This document shows, piece after piece, positions 31,000 through 38,723 of a stretch of 64,000 nt of DNA. Made by a program: the position numbers and the translations under genes. How positions within the stretch are numbered: position 1 is the first letter of the stretch; each line of letters begins with the position of its first letter. The DNA is from an uncultured Planctomycetales bacterium (GTDB lineage Bacteria > Omnitrophota > Gorgyraeia > Gygaellales > Profunditerraquicolaceae), in assembly GCA_964545575.1 (NCBI GenBank), contig CAZJFL010000004.1, positions 9,512 through 73,511 on the forward strand. The letters are read 5' to 3'. A model generated the notes under the pieces. The model was not told the origin of the DNA. It made no database searches and saw only the letters and a program-made list of their open reading frames with translations.

Positions 31000-31929
31000 T
31001 TATAATTTCTCAATCACTGCCTGCGCTAAAAGCGGCAGCATGATCTCATGGTGGCCGATAATATAATAACCTTTGCCGCCGGCCATCACCGGGCGGTATA
31101 CCACGTTTTGCGCGGGGCGGTAATGATAAATCATATCAAAATTTGCGGTGGTAAAATCTTTAACTTGCGCACCCAAATTACGGGATAAATTCAGGGCTTT
31201 TAAAAATACCTCCGGCAGGATGACGCTAGAGCCGAAATTTAACACTACCCCGCCCTTATTTATCTTTCCTACATTATCTACGAGGGTATAAAAATCCTTT
31301 AAACTGCCTTGGGCGGTTAAAGCGGCGTTAAAAGAGGGGTGCTGATGGATAATATCCGTGCCCACCGCCACGAATACGCAAACCGGTACTTTATACTTAT
31401 GGGCCGCGTTAAGCAGGCTCAAGTTTTTATAGCGTAATTTGGAAGCGCTGATTTTAGCAGCCACTGCCTGGCCTAACCCGAAACCGTCAGAGACTCCTTC
31501 TTCTACCGTTCTATTTATAAAATCAGCGGTCTCCCTGCCCATGCCAAACTTGCCTGTTTTTAAGTTTTCGCCCACATCCTCGGAAGTCTCACCCTGCAGG
31601 GCAATTTCAAAATCGTGGATTATCCCTGCGCCGTTTAGACAAAGACAGGTAATTACCCTCTTTTTTATTAATGCAATCAATACCGGGTTAAGCCCGCATT
31701 TAATCACGTGGGCGCCGGCCATAAAGATCACCGCTTTTTTAAGTTTACGCGCTTTTACCAGGGCATCTGCTATGGCACGCAGGTCCCTTGCCTTTAAGAT
31801 GTCGGGAAGAGAGCCATAGAACCTGGCGAAACTCTCACCCCGCAAAGGCGGTTGGGCGAAATCGCGCACCCGGACCTTGGCTTTACGCTTGAAGACCGAA
31901 TATGTCCTGACTTTATTAATATTGATCAT
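31000..31929 (-). CDS. Hypothetical protein, possibly deoxyhypusine synthase-like NAD-binding fold
   Basis: Weak resemblance (NGAGIIHDFE vs DHS TAGGVEED region); 309 aa; assignment tentative. Confidence 0.3.
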   Translation of the reverse strand: MININKVRTYSVFKRKAKVRVRDFAQPPLRGESFARFYGSLPDILKARDLRAIADALVKARKLKKAVIFMAGAHVIKCGLNPVLIALIKKRVITCLCLNGAGIIHDFEIALQGETSEDVGENLKTGKFGMGRETADFINRTVEEGVSDGFGLGQAVAAKISASKLRYKNLSLLNAAHKYKVPVCVFVAVGTDIIHQHPSFNAALTAQGSLKDFYTLVDNVGKINKGGVVLNFGSSVILPEVFLKALNLSRNLGAQVKDFTTANFDMIYHYRPAQNVVYRPVMAGGKGYYIIGHHEIMLPLLAQAVIEKL

Positions 31930-32053
31930 AGGAAACTATAATTTTAGCATAAATTATGCCTAAATCAACTATATTTAATGCCTTTTAGCAATGTAGTACA
32001 ATGCCCCTGCCGAGCTGCTCTGCTTTAAGTCGCTTTTGCCCATACATATTAGT

Positions 32054-32219
32054 TTTGCTGCGGGTTTGTTCGCGCACTGAAATTTTTTGCCGTGCACTAC
32101 GGTTTACTCGTCACTGCGGACAGTATGCTTACGCGGATGCGCCACCTGCGTTCCTCGTAAGCCCTTGTGCACTCCTGCCAAAAAATTTCTAATGTGCGCT
32201 CACAAATCCCTCCGCAAAA
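32054..32219 (+). repeat. ~166-bp repeated element with imperfect terminal inverted repeats, copy 1
   Basis: About 90% identical to the reverse complement of 60935-61102; the termini ttttgctgcgggtttg / caaatccctccgcaaaa are mutual reverse complements. Confidence 0.85.
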
Positions 32220-32399
32220 CTCAAGCAATTGACTAAAATCGACATTCCTGCCCGCCAAAGTTTTAGTGGCGGGCGCTCGCACCTCGCCAGTGGCATTATT
32301 TACAACTAAATAATGCTGGTTAGCGGTTGGCACGGGGATGCTTCGCAGCGCATCTAGCGCAAGAAGCGCCCCGTGACAGGACCCGCTAAGCAGTTAAAA

Positions 32400-34478
32400 T
32401 TAAGTCTGCAAAATTGTGTCGGCTGCGGCTAAAACATCATCTACGCTGATAGCTTTAAGGCAGGCGAACTCTTTTTTACAGTTATGCGCCAGGCATTCAA
32501 TACATCCTACTGCCTTATGCAGATATCTGTCTTTTTTGCCTACCGGCCCCCAGCGTTTAGGGCTTAAGCCTTTTTGGCCTCTGCCGAAAATAGCAATTAC
32601 CGGCGTGTCGACACTAGAAGCAATATGCACCGGGCCGGAATCGTTAGAAATAAATAAAGCGCACCTCTTAAGCAAACTGGCTAATTGGCTCAGAGAAGTC
32701 TTACCCGCCAGATTAATTGCCGGAGAGCGCATATTCGCCAGCGCAAGCTCTGCTTTTTTTGTATCTTTTGGGCCGCTGATAATCAGGGTTTTAAAACCGT
32801 ATTTTTCTATTAACCTGTCGGCGACCTGGGCGAATCTTTCGTTGGGCCAGACCTTAGAAGGGCAGCTTGCCCCGGGATGAATAGCCAGAAGCCTATCTGT
32901 TTCTTTTATCCCCTCCTGGCGGAATAAACTCTCCACCCATTTTTCTGCTTCCGGCCTGAGGGGGATATATAATTCTTTATCTTGGGGAGTAATCCCTAAG
33001 TGCGCCAGCAGTCCAAGATTATAATCCAGCTCATGCTTTTCTCCCAGCTGTTTAGTATGCTTTATCCGGTCGGTAAGCAAAAACCCCATTTTACGGTGGT
33101 AACCTATTCTTCTGGGTATCCCGGAAAAAAACGCCACTAGATGCACGCGGTTGGTAGGATGAAGGATGAGTGCCAAATCAAACTTTTTCTGTTTTAAGTT
33201 TAAAGCAAACTTAATAGACCCCAGCCAGCTTTTCTCTTTTGCGTCTTTATCGTAAATAATCACTTCATCCAGATAAGGATTACCTTCCACTATCTCTTTT
33301 GTATAGGGGCTGACCATCATCGCGATATAGGCATGAGGGTATTTATCCCGGAGCGCCTTAATTACCGGTGTCGATAAAAGCACGTCTCCGACCCTATCCG
33401 TACGCGCTATTAAGATACGTTTAAAATCTGCCTCTAGACCCTGAACCCTGCCTGCCTGCCGGACAGGCAGGAACCCTGAACCCTGAACTAAAATATTTAT
33501 TACCTGCCTTAATACATCTTCTACCTTTACCAGGTGCATGCAGTCTAAAGTTCGGAACCTGCATTCTGCCTTCTCGCAGGGCCGGCAGAAGATTTCTTTT
33601 TTTACCGTAGCCCAAACACCCGACCAGGGCCCGTATTTTTTATCGCTGGTCGGGCCAAAGATTGCCACAATAGGTAGATCTAAATAACTGGCCAGATGCA
33701 GGACTGCGCTGTCATTAGTAATCAGGAGGCTTGCTTTTCTTAGTAAAGCGCCCAGCTGCGAGATCGTGGTCTTGCCGGCAAGGTCCAACAGGGAATGCGA
33801 AGATTGCTCGCCGATATATTTTGTGATAAATGCATCGGCCCTATCTCCTACCAGAATAACCTTTGCTGCTAATTCTCCTATAATCCGTTCTGCAAGCTGG
33901 GCGAACTTTTCTTTGGGCCATCTTTTAGTAGAGCTTCTGGCTCCCGGAGCAATAATAACTATTTTATCGTGTTGGGCTATGCTGTTTTCTTTGAATATAT
34001 TTTCGACATATTCCCTGTCCTGCGGCCCGATGCATAGGGAGCTCTCTATTGTCTTTTTCGCCTCCGAACCCTGAACTCTGCCTGCCTGCCGGACAGGCAG
34101 GAACTCTGAACCCTGAACTCTACTTAAATGCCTATCCTTCATATGTCCGCTACCCCGCAAAAAAATAGGCGCTTTGTATCTGGCAGGAAGCAACAATCCG
34201 AAAAAACTGTTGCGTAAATCCACGACCAGATCAAAATGTTCTTTTTGAAGGCGGCCAAACAGCTTTATTTTTTCTTTCAGCCGCGCATGTTTGTCATAGA
34301 TAATCAGGTTATCTACGGCAGGATTAGCCTCAAATATTCCTTTCGGGCGGGGGCCTGAGACAACGGTGATTTTAGCCTGCGGAAACTCCTTCCTTAAATA
34401 ATCCAGCGCCGGCAGGGTCAGTATCACATCTCCGATATTACTTAAGGTAACGAACAATATTTTATTGATCTTTGTCAT
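32400..34478 (-). CDS. Tandem fusion of two GT9 ADP-heptose:LPS heptosyltransferase modules
   Basis: Two full GT9 units (each ~330 aa with the GDVILTLPA / GDVLLSTPV N-motif). The palindromic repeat element encodes LPVRQAGRVQG at the inter-module junction and in a loop of module 1. Confidence 0.8.
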   Translation of the reverse strand: MTKINKILFVTLSNIGDVILTLPALDYLRKEFPQAKITVVSGPRPKGIFEANPAVDNLIIYDKHARLKEKIKLFGRLQKEHFDLVVDLRNSFFGLLLPARYKAPIFLRGSGHMKDRHLSRVQGSEFLPVRQAGRVQGSEAKKTIESSLCIGPQDREYVENIFKENSIAQHDKIVIIAPGARSSTKRWPKEKFAQLAERIIGELAAKVILVGDRADAFITKYIGEQSSHSLLDLAGKTTISQLGALLRKASLLITNDSAVLHLASYLDLPIVAIFGPTSDKKYGPWSGVWATVKKEIFCRPCEKAECRFRTLDCMHLVKVEDVLRQVINILVQGSGFLPVRQAGRVQGLEADFKRILIARTDRVGDVLLSTPVIKALRDKYPHAYIAMMVSPYTKEIVEGNPYLDEVIIYDKDAKEKSWLGSIKFALNLKQKKFDLALILHPTNRVHLVAFFSGIPRRIGYHRKMGFLLTDRIKHTKQLGEKHELDYNLGLLAHLGITPQDKELYIPLRPEAEKWVESLFRQEGIKETDRLLAIHPGASCPSKVWPNERFAQVADRLIEKYGFKTLIISGPKDTKKAELALANMRSPAINLAGKTSLSQLASLLKRCALFISNDSGPVHIASSVDTPVIAIFGRGQKGLSPKRWGPVGKKDRYLHKAVGCIECLAHNCKKEFACLKAISVDDVLAAADTILQT
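33438..33488. repeat. Palindromic element family 1 copy (GAACCCT heptads flanking CCTGCCTGCCGGACAGGCAGG), in-frame at the GT9-GT9 junction
   Basis: Seen directly; encodes VQGSGFLPVRQAGRVQG on the minus strand. Confidence 0.9.
34066..34119. repeat. Palindromic element family 1 copy, in-frame within GT9 module 1
   Basis: gaaccctgaactctgcctgcctgccggacaggcaggaactctgaaccctgaactc. Confidence 0.9.
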
Positions 34479-34499
34479 CTCGCAATGCGCCTAAACTAT

Positions 34500-35603
34500 C
34501 TATTTTTTTATCGCTATCTTTGCCTGCGCTAAGACTTCCTCCGGCGTAATTGCCTTCATGCAGCGGTTGTCTTTACAGCCGACCACATAGCAGGGTATGG
34601 CGCAGCCGACATCTTTCTGTAAAATAATCACGTTATTTGTAGGGTAGGGGCCGGTTATTTCAGGCGAGGTGGGGCCGAAAAGCGCAATTATCCTCTTTGC
34701 GCCTACGGCATTAGCAATATGCAAAGGCCCGGTGTCAGCCGTGATAAAGAGGTCGAGCCTCTTAAATAACGCGCCTAACTGTTTTAAGTTAAATACCCCA
34801 CAGGCGATAATGGGTTCGTTTTTCATCTGCCGGCGTATCTGATTAGCCAAAGCCGAGTCCGAGGCGCTGCCTGAGATTACTACCTTAGCCTCCAGCTGGC
34901 TGATTAACTTATCCGCCAGAGCTGCCCAGTGTTCTCCCGGCCAACGCTTGGGGCTCCAGTTCCCTCCGGTATTTATCCCGATTAAAAGGTCACCTCTCGT
35001 AATCCCTTTTTTATTCAAGGCCTCTTCGACAAAACGCAGGTCTTCCTCGCCGATAAAGAACTCGGTAAACCTGTCCTCGCACCTTAACCCTGCCTTTTCG
35101 ATGATGTTTAAGTAATAATCTATGCGGTGCAGGCTATGGATATCGGGAGCCACGATCTTTTTTGTGAGCAGAAAGCGGCGTTTTTTGGTAAGATAGCCTA
35201 TCCTCTCCGGTATTGCGGCGAGCCGGCAGATCAGCGCCCGCGTCAGCGACCGGTGCAGTAAAAATGCCACGTCGAAATCTTTGGCTTTGAGATACGAAAT
35301 AAACTTCAGTTTTTCCACCGTGCTCTTATGCCTGTCTTTTTCATCAAAGATAATAATCTCATCCAGATGCGGATTGCCTTTTAAAATATGGTAGCAGCGG
35401 CTGGGAACTATGCAGGCGATAAAACTCTTAGGGTAATTACGGCGGATGTTTCTGATGGTGGCGGTAGAAAATAAAACATCTCCCAGCCAGTTTACGTTAA
35501 AGATAAGGATGCGTTTATACATGCCGGTACTCCAAGTATAATTTTTCTGTTTCGCCAAGCATGTCTTCTTGCGAGAAATGCTGCCGGATAAATTCTTGCG
35601 CAT
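34500..35603 (-). CDS. GT9 heptosyltransferase (WaaF/WaaC-like)
   Basis: GT9 fold; probable true start at the internal Met (MYKRILIFNVNWLGDVLF, ~35522), which removes the overlap with the upstream GT4. Confidence 0.8.
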   Translation of the reverse strand: MRKNLSGSISRKKTCLAKQKNYTWSTGMYKRILIFNVNWLGDVLFSTATIRNIRRNYPKSFIACIVPSRCYHILKGNPHLDEIIIFDEKDRHKSTVEKLKFISYLKAKDFDVAFLLHRSLTRALICRLAAIPERIGYLTKKRRFLLTKKIVAPDIHSLHRIDYYLNIIEKAGLRCEDRFTEFFIGEEDLRFVEEALNKKGITRGDLLIGINTGGNWSPKRWPGEHWAALADKLISQLEAKVVISGSASDSALANQIRRQMKNEPIIACGVFNLKQLGALFKRLDLFITADTGPLHIANAVGAKRIIALFGPTSPEITGPYPTNNVIILQKDVGCAIPCYVVGCKDNRCMKAITPEEVLAQAKIAIKK

Positions 35604-36633
35604 GAGCCCCTAAAAGGCTCGGCCTTGTCTTATCCCGAAGCAGCCCTAATATAGCCGAAGATAATTCTGTGGGCTCGGCCGGTTTAACCAGCAAGCCGTT
35701 ATATCCGTCTTTAATCAGGCTTCTTATCCCTCCGATATCAGAGCCGATCACGGCCAGGCCCGCTGCCATCGCCTCGATCAGGCTTAAACCTAAACCTTCT
35801 GCGAGCGAGGGCATGACAAATAAATCCATCACCGCCAAAATATCCCTGGCCTCCTTAACCGAAGGTATAAAATAAACATTTTGTGTAATTCCTAAACGGC
35901 GGGCCAGAGCTACTAAGTCCTGTTTCATTTTGCCGTCTCCCACGATCAGTAACCGGGCATCGGGAAACGTACCTAAAACCTCTTTCATCGCCTCGATAAG
36001 ATAAATATGGCCCTTGACATCCGATAACCTGGCTATAATCCCCACTACCGGGCCGTTGCCCAAGCCTAATTCTTTCTTTTTTTCAACTCTGAACTCTGCC
36101 TGCCTGCCGGACAGGCAGGAACTCTGAACTCTGAACTTATCTACGTCTATACCATTATGTATTAAGCTGATATTTTCTTCCTTCACCTTAAAATCTTCGA
36201 TAAGATGTTCTTTAACCGCTTCGCTGATGGCAATAACTTTTAGCCCCCAGCAGGGAAAAATCCGGCGGAAAATACGCTGCTTAAAGAAACCGTGGCAGGT
36301 GGAAATGTATGGCTTTCCTGAAAAACGGTGGATTAAACCGGCTACTACCTGGGTGACGCGCGTATTAGCATGAATGATCTCTATATTTTTTTCTTTTACC
36401 TGTTTAAGCAACTTCAAAATACTGATAAAAACCCCGGGGCTTACCTCCTGTTTTGTTGCCAGCGGCACCGGGATATGGACTATGCCTTCCTGGCTAAACT
36501 TAGAGAGAAGCTCTCCCCCTCCCGAAGCCAGATATACCTGATGGCCTCTTTTTCGCATACCGCCGGCTAAAGTCAGGAGATAGCTGGTAACTCCGCCGGT
36601 GTTCAAATGGTTTGTCAAATAGAGAATATTCAT
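35515..36633 (-). CDS. GT4 glycosyltransferase (WaaG/RfaG-like)
   Basis: GT4 N-terminal GG motif (TNHLNTGGVTSY), C-terminal E-x7-E region; palindromic element inserted in the inter-domain linker. Confidence 0.8.
   Translation of the reverse strand: MNILYLTNHLNTGGVTSYLLTLAGGMRKRGHQVYLASGGGELLSKFSQEGIVHIPVPLATKQEVSPGVFISILKLLKQVKEKNIEIIHANTRVTQVVAGLIHRFSGKPYISTCHGFFKQRIFRRIFPCWGLKVIAISEAVKEHLIEDFKVKEENISLIHNGIDVDKFRVQSSCLSGRQAEFRVEKKKELGLGNGPVVGIIARLSDVKGHIYLIEAMKEVLGTFPDARLLIVGDGKMKQDLVALARRLGITQNVYFIPSVKEARDILAVMDLFVMPSLAEGLGLSLIEAMAAGLAVIGSDIGGIRSLIKDGYNGLLVKPAEPTELSSAILGLLRDKTRPSLLGAHAQEFIRQHFSQEDMLGETEKLYLEYRHV
36085..36137. repeat. Palindromic element family 1 copy, in-frame in the GT4 linker (encodes KFRVQSSCLSGRQAEFRVE)
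   Basis: caactctgaactctgcctgcctgccggacaggcaggaactctgaactctgaactt. Confidence 0.9.
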
Positions 36634-38723
36634 TTTAATAATTTATCTACCGCCTGCAATACCTCTTCCGGACTGATTGCCTGCATACAATCAATTTTTT
36701 TACATTTTGGTTTATAACAAGGGCTGCAGGGAAGATCTTTTTTAACTACGAGATAGTTTTTTGCCGGTGCCAGATGCCGTAAAGGGTCTGTTGGGCCGAA
36801 AAGAGCTACAAAAGGGGTGCCTGCGGCGGCAGCGATATGCAGGGGCGCTGAATCCGAGGATATATAGACGTTGCATTTTTTAATCAGGCAGGCGAGCTGA
36901 TTCACCGTGGTCTGGGCGGTGGCGTTGATCGGGGCGACCCCTTTGACGCCAGCCATAATCAGGTTAGCCTGCGGCAGATCTTTTTCTGTTCCGGTTAAAA
37001 TAACCCGTATATCCCGGCGCGATAACTCTTCGCACAACTTTAGCATATTACCTAGCGGCCAGTTTTTAGTAAGCCAACGAGAGCTTGCGCTGATATTGAC
37101 TCCGATTAGTTTCTGGTTGGGGCTGATCCAGCTTGATTTCAATAATTCCTCTATATAAATCCGGTCTTCTTCGGCCGGCCAAAGCTCTAAAGCCGTATCT
37201 TTTAAATCTATACCCAGCATCTTCAATATCCTGAATTGATGCGTTAGCGGGTCTATTTGCGGCTTTTCGTCTTTGATGCGGTGGTTAAGCAGAAAGCCGA
37301 ATTTTTTATTATCATATCCGTAACGGTCTAGGGAGAAAGTAAGCCCGGATAAGATATGGCTCTTACGGTTATTTTGCAGGTCAATCACAATATCGAAGTT
37401 CTTCTTCCTTAAAGAAGCGCCTAATTTTAACAGGCCGCGCAGACCTTTATCTTTATTCTGCAAATCGCAAACCAGCAATTCATCGATATAAGGGCAACGC
37501 AAAAGCGCATCTTTTGAGGCGTCTCCCACCAGAAAGGTGATTTTATAATTCTGCGCCGGGAATTTTTCCCTTACCGCCTTGATTGCCGCCGTAGAAAGTA
37601 TGATATCCCCCAGAGAGCTAAACTTGATCAGCAAAATCTTAAAATTCTCCAGTGCTTCTTTATAGACATTCGTGGTATTCCTGACTAATAGCTCTGCCGT
37701 ATATTTTTCCTTTACTTTTTGATAAGCGTTTTCCGCCAGGACCCGCGCTAACTCCCGGTCATTAAATATTCTTAAGGCGGCCTCTGCCATGCTTGCCGGG
37801 TCAGCGGGAGGAACGAGCAGCCCGTTTTTACCGTCTTCGATAATATCGATCACGCCTCCTACGGTAGTCGCAACTACCGGCACTCCGACAGCCTGCGCCT
37901 CTAAGATCGCCCTCGGAAAAGCATCGTGCGTAGTGGAGGCCAATACTACCAAGTCTAAGTTCCTTAAAATTCCGGGGACATCCTTCTGATTACCTAAAAA
38001 TTCGGTGCAGTGCCACAACCCCAGCCTCCTGACTAAAACCTGCACCTGTTCTTTATAGACTTCTTTGGACGGCGGGGCATCGCCGACTATCCAAACCTTT
38101 AGATGAGGGATGGTTCTTGCGACCTTGGCCATCGCCTTAATAAAATGCAGGTGACCTTTTAGCGGCGTGATCCTTCCGATTATCCCTACATTAAACTCTT
38201 CTAATTTTTTCTTCTCCGGGGCTTTATACTGGAATCTTTCCAAGTCTACGCTGCGCGGGATTAAACGTATCCTCTCCTGAGGCACGCTGAAATCTTCGAT
38301 CATGTGCTTGGCCACAACCTGGCTCGGGCAGATCACAAATTTGGCCCAACCCATCGGGTAACTGAATAAATGCTTGGTATAATATCCGTGGCAGGTAGTG
38401 ACCAGCGGCCGCTTAGTCTGTCTACAGGCAAAATAGGCAATCCAGGCAGGTACGCGCGAACGCGCATGTACAATATCTATCTCTTCTTTTCTAATGATCT
38501 CGGATAACTTAGGGATCATTTTGAGGATATTAAAAAAGGATTTTTTATGCACTGGCAGCTGATAGTGGATAACGCCGTTCTCCTCTAATTCTTTAACCAG
38601 CGCTCCGCCGCCAGAGACCACCACCGCCTTCATCCCGAGCTTCGCCAGGCGAATTGCCAGATCAACGGTCCCGGTCTCCACCCCTCCTACATTTAGTTCC
38701 GGCAGTATCTGTAATATTTTCAT
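36630..38723 (-). CDS. Fusion of GT4 glycosyltransferase (N-terminal) and GT9 heptosyltransferase (C-terminal)
   Basis: N-half resembles GT4 (ILQILPELNVGGVETG), C-half GT9 (FSSLGDIILSTAAIKAV); 697 aa. Confidence 0.75.
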   Translation of the reverse strand: MKILQILPELNVGGVETGTVDLAIRLAKLGMKAVVVSGGGALVKELEENGVIHYQLPVHKKSFFNILKMIPKLSEIIRKEEIDIVHARSRVPAWIAYFACRQTKRPLVTTCHGYYTKHLFSYPMGWAKFVICPSQVVAKHMIEDFSVPQERIRLIPRSVDLERFQYKAPEKKKLEEFNVGIIGRITPLKGHLHFIKAMAKVARTIPHLKVWIVGDAPPSKEVYKEQVQVLVRRLGLWHCTEFLGNQKDVPGILRNLDLVVLASTTHDAFPRAILEAQAVGVPVVATTVGGVIDIIEDGKNGLLVPPADPASMAEAALRIFNDRELARVLAENAYQKVKEKYTAELLVRNTTNVYKEALENFKILLIKFSSLGDIILSTAAIKAVREKFPAQNYKITFLVGDASKDALLRCPYIDELLVCDLQNKDKGLRGLLKLGASLRKKNFDIVIDLQNNRKSHILSGLTFSLDRYGYDNKKFGFLLNHRIKDEKPQIDPLTHQFRILKMLGIDLKDTALELWPAEEDRIYIEELLKSSWISPNQKLIGVNISASSRWLTKNWPLGNMLKLCEELSRRDIRVILTGTEKDLPQANLIMAGVKGVAPINATAQTTVNQLACLIKKCNVYISSDSAPLHIAAAAGTPFVALFGPTDPLRHLAPAKNYLVVKKDLPCSPCYKPKCKKIDCMQAISPEEVLQAVDKLLK

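Noticed and set aside
32001-32333. Small ORFs (63 and 78 aa) inside the 166-bp repeat, with similar peptides at 60912-61100
   Set aside because: The peptide similarity follows trivially from nucleotide repetition. The elements occur in both orientations, lack RBS context and have TIR structure, so they are non-coding repeats.
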